In this document: positions 38,827 to 52,030 of the stretch, one piece after another
How positions within the stretch are numbered: the stretch's first letter is position 1
Layout: each line of letters begins with the position of its first letter
From: Antedon mediterranea
Lineage: Eukaryota > Animalia > Echinodermata
DNA: 64,000 bases
Assembly (NCBI RefSeq): GCF_964355755.1
Contig: NC_092672.1
Location: 22,581,237-22,645,236, forward strand
Reading direction: 5' to 3'
Notes under the pieces: generated by a model
Told to the model about the DNA's origin: nothing
Seen by the model: the letters and a program-made list of their open reading frames with translations, nothing else
Databases searched by the model: none
Made by a program: the position numbers and the translations under genes

Positions 38827-39900
38827 TTAGCGTTGTTTACAGCGGCATAAAGCTGTACATGGTAGTTTTGACTTCTTGCACCTACATCTATTGGTTATGC
38901 ATCGTGTCTTGCATCCACAATAAATCATCTCTAACGAAGCAGTAGGAATAGCTTCATTTTTCAGAAGCACTGGTTGAAGTTTACCATTAGATAGCTCCCA
39001 ACCAAAATCTGTTGGTGATGGCAAATGCTGGATTGGCGATACAGCTTTTTTCCATACGAGTGCTTGGAAGTGTGCTCTTTTTATATGTTGGTGCACTGCA
39101 TCGCTTGTTGGAGGTAATGCCTCTGGTTTTGTTGTTTTTTTTTAAAGCCTAACTTCATTGGTAATTTTAACTTGACCAACACCGTAAACGTAGCAAATGA
39201 ATCCTTCCGATTTCATAATAACTTGGTCACTGATAGGTTTTCTCCCAGGTCTTTAATTAGTTCATAATTTTGTTTTAATACTTCCCATGCCGATGCCTTT
39301 GAGTGACCACTTAGATATGAACAGGGAAGAGTTAAATTACTGTATGTATGTATTAATGTAATTTAACTCTTCCCTGGATATGAGGTAGTATTGCTTCCAC
39401 TAATAGTGTGGAATGGAATCAGTGCTTTTGCATAACCCCCGGGCAAGGCTTGAAAAATGTCTTTTATATTATAGATACTTTCTTTTTTTGGATGTCTCTG
39501 TCATCATCCATTTGGATACCATGCTTTGGTAGTGAGACACTAGAATCACTAGTACGCCTGTATCCCTAGAAGCAACTACAACTGTGTCGTATCGGACATT
39601 GGCAGCATGACAAGTCTCGTGTCCGATTTTTCATGATCTGCGACCAGAGACAACGTATTCGTGTAGACTTTTGATGATTTAACAACTGATTCTTTCATAA
39701 ATCCACCAGCTGTGACAATTTCTTTGTCTATAGGAGCTTGACAAATCAACTCCTCTGATAGAAATCGTGCCAGATCTGCTTTATTATCTTGTAATGCCAA
39801 AAAGTTTGACCAGCAATTTGGCAGCGGTATTTCACCACTTTCTATAATTCGACGAATTGGTCTCTGTGTTTTGGTTCATCTTTGTCTAGTGGTGTCCTTT
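38827..39900 (-). pseudogene. Academ transposase C-terminal part (XPG-like plus Cys8 finger), frameshifted
   Basis: NKADLARFL, HEKSDTR (HEEADTR-like), LPPTSDAVHQHIKRAHFQ..W..P..GW, CGCKTRCITNRCRCKKSKLPCTALCRC. Confidence 0.85.
39322..39376. mobile_element. 55-bp hAT-type micro-MITE
   Basis: Perfect 19-bp TIR CAGGGAAGAGTTAAATTAC; 8-bp TSD GATATGAA/GATATGAG. Confidence 0.85.
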
Positions 39901-39944
39901 ATCGACAGTTTTAAGTTAGGCATGCCATGTTAAAAGAAAAAAAA

Positions 39945-40240
39945 AAACCAGAGGCATTACCTCCAACAAGCGATGCAGTGCACCAGCATATAAAAAGAGC
40001 ACACTTCCAAGCACTCGTATTGAAAAAAGCTGTATCGCCAATCCAGCATTTGCCATCACCAACAGATTTTGGTTGGGAGCTATCTAATGGTAAACTTCAA
40101 CCAGTGCTTCTGAAAAATGAAGCTATTCCTACTGCTTCGTTAGAGATGATTTATTGTGGCTGCAAGACACGATGCATAACCATATAGATGTAGGTGCAAG
40201 AAGTCAAAACTACCATGTACAGCTTTATGCTGCTGTAACA
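39945..40240 (+). pseudogene. Inverted second copy of the Academ C-terminal coding segment
   Basis: PEALPPTSDAVHQHIKRAHFQ...CGCKTRC, near-identical to 38827-39130 on the other strand, frameshifted. Confidence 0.85.
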
Positions 40241-41973
40241 ACGCTAACAAAGATGACGGAAACCTTTGCATGATGAATGATCTTAAACTGATGCCCTTAA
40301 CATGTTCATTCCAAATGTAGCTTACGTGTTCACATTTTCTTTCAAACCTATACAATCATAATCCATCATATTGATGGCAGGTAATTTCCAAATTTCCAAA
40401 TGTAGCTGACGTGTTCAAATTCTTTTTTAAATCTATAATCATAATCCATCATATTGATGGCAGGTAATTTTCAAATGTAGCTTACATGTTCAAATTCTTT
40501 TTTAAATCTATAATCATAATCCATCAAATTGTTAGCAGGTAATTTCCAAATGTAGTTGACATGTTCACATTTTTAAAAATCTATAATCATACTCCATCAT
40601 ATTGATGGCAGGTAATTTCAAATTTCAAATTTCAACAAATGTAACTTGCGTGTTCAATTTTTTTTTTTAAATCTATATAAATCATAACACATCATATTTG
40701 ATGGCAGTGAATTTTATAATTTTACTAATTATTATTGTGTATAAATAATTTCATAGTTATGCAATTATATTATATTTAGTATACAGTAGGCCTATGCTGT
40801 AAAGGTCAATAACCATACTATCGGCCATTCTTGTACAAAATGTGCCATTAGACTGGATAGAAACACACATGTTTTAAACAATTTAAAAAGAAAAAAAAAT
40901 TCATAAGACCACAATTTTCAAAGTTATATTATTATTATATTATTATATTTGACTAATAGTTCAAAGGTCAATAGTTGTAGAATCGGCCATTTTTTGTAAA
41001 AACATTTCATTATAATAAATATGAATGTATAGTTTCTGAACAATTTGAGCCCTATTTCGTGTCTCTCCGATTATTGGTTACTGAGATACGATAAATAAAG
41101 GTCAAAGGTCAAAATGTCAGAAATAAGACTTGCATCCATTTTTTGAGAAAGTGTGTCATTAAAGTGAATATAAAAACATATATTTAAAACATTTTGAGAC
41201 CAAAATTAATTATCTGTGACTAGTGGTTCTCGAGATATAGGGTAATTATAAAAAATGGCCGCCATTTTTAATTATGCAAATTAAGGGCTTAGATGGCCGA
41301 ATTCCGCTTGGGATCCGCCATATTCGTAATCAGCGAGGTCGAAATATCCTAAATCAAGTGGATCCCAGCTTCTACCCAAAAATGCTTCTTGCACCATATT
41401 TCAGAGGAAATAGAACTTGTCTAAAACTATAAAAGCAATTTTAAATAAAAGCAGTTTTCACTCCATCGTTTATTTTATTATAAGACAATGGGATGATGGA
41501 GGCATTTTTATGCCATGGCAGATTATTTCCTTAATTCCAACATTTGAAATGAATAAAAACAGTAACACAACATGTATTTATTTTAAAAAGGGTAAATATT
41601 AAATAAAATCCTTTTTATTAAACCTGAATGATACTAATATAATAGTCCTTCTACAGACTAGAGAATATAGTGCATAATTCAGTTTTATCTGCTATATACT
41701 GACTGTTCATAAAGGAACATAGAAAACAAAATAAAGAGTCCAACAGGAGTGCATTGGACAAATCATCTGTTGATGAACTATAAATTTTAAACCTATTTTA
41801 ACATGTTCATGTCTTATAAACATGCCTTCAATGATCAATTAAATATGAGGGAAAATTGAATCCCACCATTTCTCTTTGTTTTAATTGCTTAATCATTCTT
41901 TTTATCTTTAATTTCTTTTCACAGGGTGTCGGTTTTTTATTTCATTAACATATTTCAATATTTTTTTTTGCAG

Positions 41974-42086
41974 AGTATATCAAGGTCGTGGCAGTAAAAA
42001 ATGATTGGACTCCTGTTAGCCTGGTAGAATTTAACAAGAAGTTTGTGTCTAAATGCACCAATGCACGCAGGAGTCTATATAAATAG
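41974..42086 (+). pseudogene. Possible terminal exon of a BEN-domain-like accessory gene in the EnSpm-like element
   Basis: TTTTTTTTGCAG acceptor; (E)YIKVVAVKNDWTPVSLVEFNKKFVSKCTNARRSLYK*; the KCxNxRR ending resembles BEN C-termini. Confidence 0.45.
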
Positions 42087-44483
42087 ATAAATATTTTATA
42101 TATAATTTTTATTTTCATTTATCATATCTTTATATTCTCAATTTTGTCCAAGTATTCTCACTTGCACAGATAAAGTGCTAGTGTTGCCAATAGCTCTGCT
42201 AATTGATAATTTTTTAGCTTTTTGCTTACTTTAGTTTGTATCTCCATTGAGATCCACAGCATTGTCATTTTTTTCAGTAATTTGCCTTTTATATATAGTG
42301 TATATATATATTTCTTTGAAGATGCCTCCATAAGGAAATTCATGGTGTCAATTGAAGTTTTAAATTAAATATTTTAAAGTAGTTAATTTTGATAATTGTT
42401 CATTTGTATATGGCCTTTTTGTCATATACAGTATAAGTATTACACTCTCTTGCTGTTTATACGTTTGATAGCTTTTTGATACTTTATTTCTGTTTGGGAA
42501 TGTTAAATATCGAGTATCGACGAAAATATATTAATTAAATTTGATTTTTTAATAATTAAAGTAAAGACATCTTTTATTTTAATGTCTCTTATTGTATATT
42601 TGAAGAATTTTTTCGCTTTTCATTTTAGATTCTTCATAAAAAAAGTGAGAAATCTGGATCACAACATTTCCCACTGTAGAATTTGAATGCTTTAGCATTC
42701 AATTCGCTCACTAGCATTCACAGTGTAACAGTGTACCAATATTTGAATGTGTAGTTTTGAATGCTAGACCACGCCCACTAAAAAAGCTCAATAGCACATT
42801 CATCTACTAGCATTCGAATGCTAGGCTAGCATTCGAATGCTAGCCTAGCATTCCCCTACTAGCATTCGAATGCTAGGCTAAGCCTTCCAGATTTAGCATT
42901 CGAATGCTAGTATAGCATTCAACTAGTAGCATTCGAATGCTACTTTTAGCATTCGAATGCTAGTGCTACCATTCATGCTTAGCTCATTTACATAATTCGG
43001 CTCCCTGGAAGGCTTAGCGAAGGCTTAGCGAAGGCTTAGTGAATGCTAAGAAGCATTCGAAGGAAGGCTTAGCGAAGGCTTAGTGAAGGCTTAGTGAAGG
43101 CTTAGTGAATGCTAAGAAGCATTCGAATGCTAAATTCAGTCATTGAATGCTTATATACCACTAGTATTCGAATGCTAAGTATTAGCCCTTCGAATACCAA
43201 TAATAGCATTCCAGGAGTAGCATTCGAATGCTTTGTGAATGGTAAGCGAAGGCATTCAGCTTTGGTAAGGGCTCTACACAGTAGGCACATTGTAAATAAA
43301 CTATAGAAATTGATACCAAGAACTATGTTTATCCTCTTTCTTTTAGAGAATCAAGAGGGATTTTGTGGATGGATGTCCTCAATAATCCTCATTATGGGAT
43401 TATTTTAAAAATGTGTTAGCATTGTGAAAATAAACAAACCATGTTCACAAGAAGAAAATGTTGTGAATGAAGGTTATGGCTGGTAGATGGTATACATTAC
43501 AAAAATAATAAATAGTAAACTGAATCAACAAATTAAACTTGTATAAATGATGGCAAATACTCACAATAAAAGCTTAAAAAATGTTTGCTCATTTGACTGG
43601 CACATAATTAGTATGTTATGTTCAGGCCTAATTTATCTAATTTTCTTTAGTACCGTACTTGACTACAGTCGGTATAACATAGTATAATAGCAATAATTCA
43701 TGTTATTCTTTCAATGAATGTGAACATACTGTCTGTTATTATTTCATAGATCCTAAATGTATATCAAAGCAATGCTGAAAATTAGTATTATACCGTATTG
43801 TTTTTGTTATACAGATATTAAGTTTTAATTGATTAATTTTATTAGATATATTTTTGACACAGCAAAATAATATGATTGTAAAAAGGTGATGTTATAATTA
43901 CACTGTCAATTGTGTATAAAATAGAAATGCCTACACACAAACACACACTAATCAGTAGGCCTAAATGATTATCAACAAGTATGGCTATTACACGTTGGAG
44001 TGGTGTAATTGAATAGTGAAAACCTGTTATTAACAGCTACAACACAATTTGAAATTTAAAATAAATTTTCCAGATTTATAATTGCACTGTAAAATAATAC
44101 TATAAAATTGTTCAAAATATGTAGGATGAAGGTTTATTTTAAAATAGCTTTTACATTCTGCCCAACTATTTCAAAATAAAATTGATTATAGAGGATATAG
44201 TTAGTATTATCTGTTTAATATTTCAGAATTCAAGTATACCTTGATCATGAGCATAAGCATAGTTTATACAAACAATACATTTTACAATGCTTTATAGAAA
44301 TAATCATTTAAAGTTGATTATTAGTTATTAGAAAAATATCTTTCAACATTGAAAACAAAGTAATAAACTGTTATCAATTAAGGATATTTATTTACAAGAT
44401 TATTAGTCATTTTTTTGTTTAGATATTAAGGAATAAGATGTACATGTTTTGTAACTTTGTTTATTATTTAATATTTTCAATAG

Positions 44484-44582
44484 AATGGCACTACAGCGTT
44501 GATGTATGCTGCTTTTGTAGGTAATGCAGCCATCTGCCATCAACTTATTGATGGTGGAGCTGATATTAACCTACAGAATAAG
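44484..44582 (+). CDS. Ankyrin repeat exon (NGTTALMYAAFVGNAAICHQLIDGGADINLQNK)
   Basis: Exactly 99 nt, phase 0-0, TTTTCAATAG acceptor, AAG|GTAAGT donor, canonical ankyrin consensus. Confidence 0.93.
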
Positions 44583-44699
44583 GTAAGTAATACACATTTT
44601 TTAAATAAAATTATTGAACCTTCAGTGAAACAAATCAATGAATTGAAACTATTGTTTTAGAATTTATATGCTACCACCACTATAACTTTAGGAAAATCA

Positions 44700-44960
44700 T
44701 ATATTATCTCTTAGTGTACGTGAATTCTATAATCCGATTGGTCAATATATGAGATATAATTCCGTATTACGCCCATTTACTCAGTCAAGTGGATCAGAAG
44801 GGTAATATATCCCGTATTACCTGTTTGATGTTTCTACGCGCGCGGTGTTTATGTATTGTATTTTTGTCGTTGAGCGCATGCGTATTTGTGATTTCAACCA
44901 TCGAATATGAACCAGTCTCTTGTCCAATTGCTTATAATGTGTACACTAAGAGATAAAATC
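44700..44960. mobile_element. Short inverted-repeat element (possibly non-autonomous Crypton-like)
   Basis: TTATCTCTTAGTGTAC ... GTACACTAAGAGATAA; no TSD seen. Confidence 0.45.
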
Positions 44961-47900
44961 GTTGCACCCTACTATAATAACACAATACTGGTGTGTGTAC
45001 TGTAGGTCAATATAGAAATGATGTAATAACTTATTTTCTTCTCACATAAAACATTTTACAAATTCTCAAAATATTCAGTTTAAACTTGCAATCAAATTTT
45101 TGTATTAAGAAAATGTATACTTCAAGTTACTTGTTTACAACATTAATATGTGTATTCAATAATATACACATTTATTTTCCATAATTCGTTGCCAAATGCT
45201 GCTTTAGAAATAAAGTGTGAAATGAATTTTACAGCACAGTTTTTAAATATTTTTGGTATTGATTATTATAATTTAACTACTATACTGTAAAATAAAAAAT
45301 GCTGATAGCATACACCTAATCATCAAAGTTAGTACAGTTAAATGGTATAGTCAGTATGTTTTTATAAATTGATAACATTCAATAGAATGCTCATAACACA
45401 AACTTTATTCTTTTGAATATTTCACTGTATTTTAGTATTAGGCAGGTTAGACAACAGGAATAACATTTGTTAATATAAGTTTTTAAAAAAAATGTACATT
45501 TTAAAAAAAGGTTGTGAATATGAATCATGTCTATCATCAACCTCCACCTTGATTTTTATTACATATCGCACACATATATTATACAAAATTTCATATTTTT
45601 GGTGGTATATTGTTCTGTATAATTTTGAAGATTCTAAGTTCTTTAAATTTAACCAATGGCAGCATATCATATTTAAAATTGAGTTGCTCCTACAGCCTTG
45701 TGTTAAATGTTAGTTGGAACCATTGTTAAAATTTGAAATCTGTCGGTTTATGAACCAAATCCAAGCCTATTAAATTCTATTGGCTTGCTACTCATATATC
45801 TTCCATTAGGCCTTTCAATAATCTACAACATTCTAATTTTTATGGGCTAATTAAAATGTAGTATTATTATTATTTGAATTTTCGAAATCTACAGTATTCT
45901 AGCCTAATCTTGGTTTATTTAAAACGGATTGTAAATTGCTAAAAGATCACATAACCAAAAAAAAACTTGTAATTTTTATATTTTGGTGTTAAACAGTTTA
46001 TGAGAAAAAATTGCCTTACTTGAAGCGTAACAGTATTGTGGTTATAATCAAGAAATTGCAAATTTCAAGGCAATTAAATTAGTTTACACTGATAAAGGTA
46101 CACACAAGTGTAGCCAACAATTCTTGTGTAAGCTACATTTAAATTTCTAGATAATGCATTGCTCTATAGTTCTAAATTTACGACGGTGAACCTCGCTCTT
46201 CAATATTAGTTTGAATTATACTAAATTGTTTGGTCTATAAATGAAAGGAAAACAATTTCTTATATAGTAGTTTTCATTAATTCATTTATTTTTAATCCCA
46301 TGATTTATTAAACAAATAATTACATACATCTATTATGTATTTTTGTTTATGTGCAAATAGTAGGCTAGATAATAAGCAGCACTTAGCACAATCTATTGAT
46401 TGTCTACAAGATTGCAATTGTACAACTCTGTCAATAACCAATACTAATTACATATAATTCAAGCATTCAATTTGTTATCAAACAATAGATAACAAATTTA
46501 ATACATAGCAAAGCAGAATTGTTTCTATGAATTAAAATGCCCACATAAAATATCCAACACAAGAAACAGATTTAATGTCTAAGTTATCATCTCTTTAAAG
46601 CCTTACTGAAGATGGTGATTTTTTAGTCATATTCTCTGACAACATAGATGAAAAGGTATATCATGTATAGTATAATGAACACAATGATGATGAAAACATT
46701 ATGAAGTATCATATAAAGAAGATGTATACTGTCACACTTTGTAATAAACAATGCACTTTATAAATAGTGTGTATCATAACCTGTCACTTTGTAACTAATA
46801 ATTTGTTTGAAAAGTTTGATAATTTTCAGGATATTACAACAATAGTGAAACATTAAAACAGGATTATATAAAAACAATGAGGACATTTTTAATTTAAATA
46901 AATGTTCAGTACGATTTAAACAGTTTTATTTTGAGACAACTTTCATTTTTATCATATAGCATTCCTTATTCTGTACATTTTCATCGATATTATCTCCAAT
47001 AAAGTAATGTTTTTACTTATCTATAGTAGAAGGTATGTGATGTATGATATGTATGCCTATTTTTAATAATAGGATTAGGAGAACCAAATCATCAATAGTT
47101 ACAAATTGTTAAAAAATGTTGAGTCTTAATTTAATTTTGCATTTTCAGTCACAGCTAATGCTATAAGATCATAGAGGTAATCATTGTATTTAACTACTGT
47201 GGAGTAGCTTTGTGTCACTTATTACTGTTCTATTGATCAGATCACAGTACATAATATCTCTGATTAAAGTGAATTTATTTGTTTCATAATGATTCCTCTA
47301 CATACTGATCTTAATAACAATGTCATGATGACAATTATTTCATTAGATAAACACACACACACACACATTAAAGCAAATCTGATAAATTGTTGTCTCATGT
47401 AAATTATTTTCAATTGTCAAATAGATCTAACGTCATTCTAACAGTTTTGTTTCATTTGCTTCTTTATTGTCAATTATTAATATTATTTTTTTTTGGTGCA
47501 TATTATATACAGTACATACATAAATCATTTATATTGCACCTTATCAAAATATTTCAAAGCATATCACATAACTAAAACTAAATAGTAAAAAACAAGAATG
47601 TCAAATATTTTGTCTGCTATTTTTTGCCCAAAATAGTTTTGCTTTATTTATTTTCTTTGGCCTTATATTTATTTTGACCAATATTCTATCTATGCATATA
47701 GAACAAACAAAATTCCATAAGTAAGAATCAATTTTTTTATTAACCGATAGGAGCATAATGTATATTTTCAAATGTAAAACAAATCGGAATAGCTCACACA
47801 AAACAACAAATTGTACATGCTTTATAAAACAATATTTAAAAATGTATTGTTTCGAAAATTAACTGAAGACATTGTTGTGGGAAAATAGGACAAGTAGATC

Positions 47901-48038
47901 AAAATGCAAGATAAACATTTATTATTCAATAAGGATGTTGTATAAAACTATAAGATATTTAATCATTTTATTTTATTACGTATTAACATGATGTACTGTA
48001 TGTTTTGTAATATTGTTAATGTTTAATATATTCAATAG

Positions 48039-48132
48039 AATGGTCATACAGCATAACATGTTGCTGCTCAAGTGGGCAGTACTGAAATCTGCAATCAGAT
48101 ATGCCTGCATGGCGCAAAATGTTCAAAATAAG
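48039..48132 (+). pseudogene. Decayed duplicate ankyrin exon
   Basis: NGHTA*HVAAQVGSTEICNQICLHGA then frameshift to NVQNK; in-frame TAA, about 5-nt deletion, weak donor; flanking intron resembles that of exon 44484. Confidence 0.88.
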
Positions 48133-48529
48133 TCATACATTCATTATTATTCATTATATGTTAATCTGAAATTTCACTCTTCATTTTACTTATAATCGAA
48201 GAGTAATACATTCTTAAAATGTTTTAAAAACAAACAGAATTGATCAATAAATGTGTAATAATATGCCAAAATAGTATGAATAATTTTATTCTGAAATAAT
48301 TATGAACAACACTTGTTATTTGTATAAAATAAAATTCTCAAAATCGTCTATTAAAACTTGTAATCAACTGTTTGTATTAGTAAAAATGTACTTCACGTTT
48401 GTGCAGGCATGATCTATACACATAAAGCACAATATTTTTGATGTGATAAAGATTTCATCATTCAATGCTAAAATGAGAACTTGAATTGAACTTGAACACA
48501 GTTTTTAAATGTTTGTTATTTTATTTCAT

Positions 48530-49380
48530 TTCATTTATTCATTCGACCAATTAATAGATACAGAACAGAACAAAGCACATGGTCATTGGCAAATAAAGCA
48601 AAACAATTACTATAACCGCCCTGGCTTTTAAACACGATGTAGCTCTCGTTCTGCAAAGCCTAGCAACTAACGAAAAACAGTGACGTAAAGCTTGAAAATC
48701 CCCTTATAGAATATGACATCATCTTTTGTGCCTTCTATTTGCATAAGCGATGTTTAGGTAGTAATACGCAGGGTGGTTTTGGGCGCTTTAGGTGCTAAAG
48801 GGGTAAAGAGCAATAGACATAATGTAAATTAAAACAACAAAATACAAAAAATATTGCACCAAGTAAAACATTTGTACAAGCTTACTAAAAAGTATCTTGA
48901 TGTTCAAAATTAGTATAAGGGACCTATACATAAATATACAAAATTAAATAATTAAAAGATTAATAATCTGTTATTGAAAATTTAACTACTGTAATATAAC
49001 AGATGTTGCCTTAACATAGTAGCACAAATTAAATTGTAAATTTTTATTAAAATCTTTATTAACTCAAGATCCTGTATATTTAAAGCATAACTGAACAAAA
49101 TTTCCTTTTTTTTAAAAGAGCAAAATAGACATAAATTGGCATTTCTCAACATTGAGACAATTGAGAATAGAGTTGTAGCTTGATGATTAAGACGGTTGGC
49201 TAGCAATCTAAGGGTCCTGTGTTACATGTTTTTAAGAATAAAAACTTATTTCATTGTATCCTATAACTTTTTTAAACATTGATGCTTTCAAGTAAATTTA
49301 AAACAATTATTGGATGGATATTGTAATTGAAGACTATCTAAGTTGTAATCCGGCAGATGCGGACATTCAGGCGACCCTTG
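48530..49380 (-). mobile_element. Degenerate LINE (L2/Crack-like) 3' fragment
   Basis: Minus strand reads LRNANL...FSYA...LRQHLL, then a 3' UTR ending AATAAA plus (ATGAA)-like tail. Confidence 0.45.
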
Positions 49381-49944
49381 TGAATCACAAACGTTAAAGA
49401 GTGAAAAAGTTCATTAAATGATGAAGGCTTGTCATAAACAGTAGAATTGAAGCAATTTTATGATACATTACAGAAGGATAATCACTAGGTTTATTTTTAC
49501 ATTTCATCTGACTCCAAAATCTTATTTGTACAGTAGGCCTTGTATTTTTAGCTAAAGAATATATTTACGCTGACAGTAAAGTATCTCGAGCAAACTTTAA
49601 ATTATTTTTTGTCATTTCTTAAAATATAAAAACAAAAAAACAGGCCAAGTTATTAAATTATAAAAAACCTGTTATTGTAAGTTAATTTATACTAGAGTGT
49701 ACATGAGCAAAACAGGCCTACCCTATAAAAATGAATAAATAATAATAATATATTAAGATTTAATGACAATTTTTGACAAAATGGGTTTTATTACATGATA
49801 TACCAAAATATGAGCCCATATTATTAACATGATAATATTATGAACAATTTCAAATTTTTTGGTGGTTGTTGTGCTTTGTATAGCAAATTTTGAAAATGTC
49901 TAATTAACCAATGACAAGCAAATCATAGGTGAAAAAACCAATGA

Positions 49945-50470
49945 CAAGTGTTATAACGTTCGTAAAAGCCAGTTACTTATTCGTCGTAGAGGGCGTAGAT
50001 GCAAACAAGTTTGCTGAACTGGGTTGGCAAATGGTAAAGTAGGTCATGGGTGATCGATTCATACTAAATTTAAAAAAAAATAAATAAAGTATGTCAAGTG
50101 TTATAACGTTCGTAAAAGCCAGTTACTTATAGAGGATGTAGATGCAAAAAAGTTTGCGGAACTGGGGTGGCAAATCGTAAAGTAGGTCAAGGGTGATTGA
50201 TTTATACCAAAATTTTTTGAAAAAATTAAGAAGGTCAAGTGTTATAACGTACGTAAAGCCAGTTTCTTATTCACCGTAGAAGGCGTAGATGCAAAACAGT
50301 TCGCGGAACTAGGGCAAATGGTAAAGTAGGTCAAGGGATACCAAAATATGTTGAAAATATTAAGTAGGTCAAGTGTTATAACGTTCATAAAAGCTAGTTA
50401 CTTATTCGCCGTAGAGGGCGTAAATGCATAAAATGTTATTGAACTTTGACCGGAAGAAGTAGAGGAGGTC
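49945..50470. repeat. About 140-150-bp diverged tandem repeat, 4 copies, near a TGACTGTCCCT|TTAA Kolobok-like right end (about 50547-50561)
   Basis: CAAGTGTTATAACGTTCGTAAAAGCCAGTTACTTAT at about 49945, 50095, 50236 and 50370. Confidence 0.85.
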
Positions 50471-51089
50471 AAGGCTAACATGTTGATGCAATAACCACTC
50501 AATTAGATAGTTATTACATATTAAAATCTGTTTTTAAAAATATTTGTGACTGTCCCTTTAATTCAATTTGGATAAGGAACTAGGAACTAGTAACCAACTT
50601 CACAGACATGCAAAAAATCGTATATTTTTTACCACTTTAAATAACCATAACTTTAGAACGGGTAATCGGATTTCAATCATTTAAATTGCAAAATGCTAAT
50701 TACATTAAGTCCTTTATAGTTAACTGAAAGAAAAAGTAAAACAATTAATCTGAATTTTTTCATTGGGATACCTATTGTTAGAATTCAAATTATTAATGGT
50801 GGGCTTATACTTAACATAGGTCTACTTTACTGTGAAAACAGGATGCTGGTCAACTCATCACTAAAATACTTTGATAACAAATAGTATATCAAGACTTAAA
50901 TATTATGAAGAGGGAAGCTTGAATGCCACTATCATTCCAAAATAGGGATAGGCTGCTGTGTAGTGTTTATATGACATGTTCAGTTTTTAAATTCACTAGT
51001 AAATAATAAACCTTCTTAGTTTCTGTCTAGCATTACTGCTAATGCAGCATATTAAAGTTTAAATTTCTAAATTAGATAATGTTTTGTAC

Positions 51090-52030
51090 TATATTACATA
51101 GCCTATGTAAATACGTGAACGTGATTGGTTGAAACTGCATCACATGACTACCGCTGCGAGGATCGTAAATCGTATATATCCTCGAGAACGATGATATTGA
51201 CTGTGTAATTTTCGCGTATTTATCGTGTCCCCTGTCATTAAACATATAGATTCTCGAGTTGGATGATATTGACTGTGTAATTTTCGTGTGCCAACACTCG
51301 CGTTGCCGATAAATAAACAAAAGTCATCAACTCGATCTTGAACTCGGGTGGAATTGTCACTCCATCGCAAGACAACGCCACTGCGCCACTGAACTTGCTT
51401 GGAGAAATTTATCTTCTAAACTATTTAAGCTATGCATACATAGCGCCCTCATTTGTTATTAGTCCACCCTAAATGTGATGAAACACCGTTTGTGATTGGT
51501 CAATACTCACGGTGTAGTAACCTAGTAACTAGTACGCGCTGAACATCCGGTGATTCGGCTCCTCGAAGAGAAGTTAAGAAGACGAATTTTTATTCGGCCT
51601 ACCTGATTAGAATATTATTATTAATAGGCTTATTGATGGAAATTCTTCTGTTAATTTAAACGACCTAGGCCTAAGTGAATATTTTATTGCCAAGGAATCA
51701 TTAATTAGTAATTATCTGTATATTATTCTTCGCAAGGTAAGGTGTCTAGGCAGGCTTGTTTAAATACAATACAAATATAGAGGAGGCCTAGCCTAGCTTC
51801 ACCCAACCCAGCAGACTTGTTCTTGGCTATATAATATAACAGATATTGCCTTTTATATCGGTTAAATATAAAATTTGACATCCCCTCGGGAATGATATTA
51901 AGTTCTCGGGGAATATATATTTCTCTCAGCTGGCGCTTCGGGAAATATATATTCCCTCGAACTTAATATCATTCCCTCGGGGATGTCAAATCTTATATTT
52001 AACCTCTAAGCAGTCAATATCTGTATAATA
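51090..52030. mobile_element. Non-autonomous element ending in an about 200-bp hairpin (Crypton-like)
   Basis: Imperfect palindrome 51835-52030 (ACAGATATTG...GACATCCCCTCGGGAATGATATTAAGTTC / reverse); GTGATTGG boxes at the 5' end; no TSD. Confidence 0.5.

Larger units (their letters stand above)
37532..41423. mobile_element. Academ DNA transposon derivative with about 1.5-kb inverted arms
   Basis: TAGACA..TGTCTA termini, 3-bp TSD AAA; arms about 37574-39130 and 39945-41391; XPG-like and Cys8 coding remnants. Confidence 0.88.
34936..43271. mobile_element. Large non-autonomous CCC...GGG element with subterminal repeats (EnSpm/CMC-like)
   Basis: TIR CCCTTACCAAAG; dense GAATGCT/AGCATTC subterminal repeats at 34950-35320, 36881-37030 and 42680-43260; TSD not clean. 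Confidence 0.75.

Noticed and set aside
34936-43271. piggyBac assignment from CCCTT termini
   Set aside because: No TTAA TSD; subterminal repeat arrays fit EnSpm/CMC better
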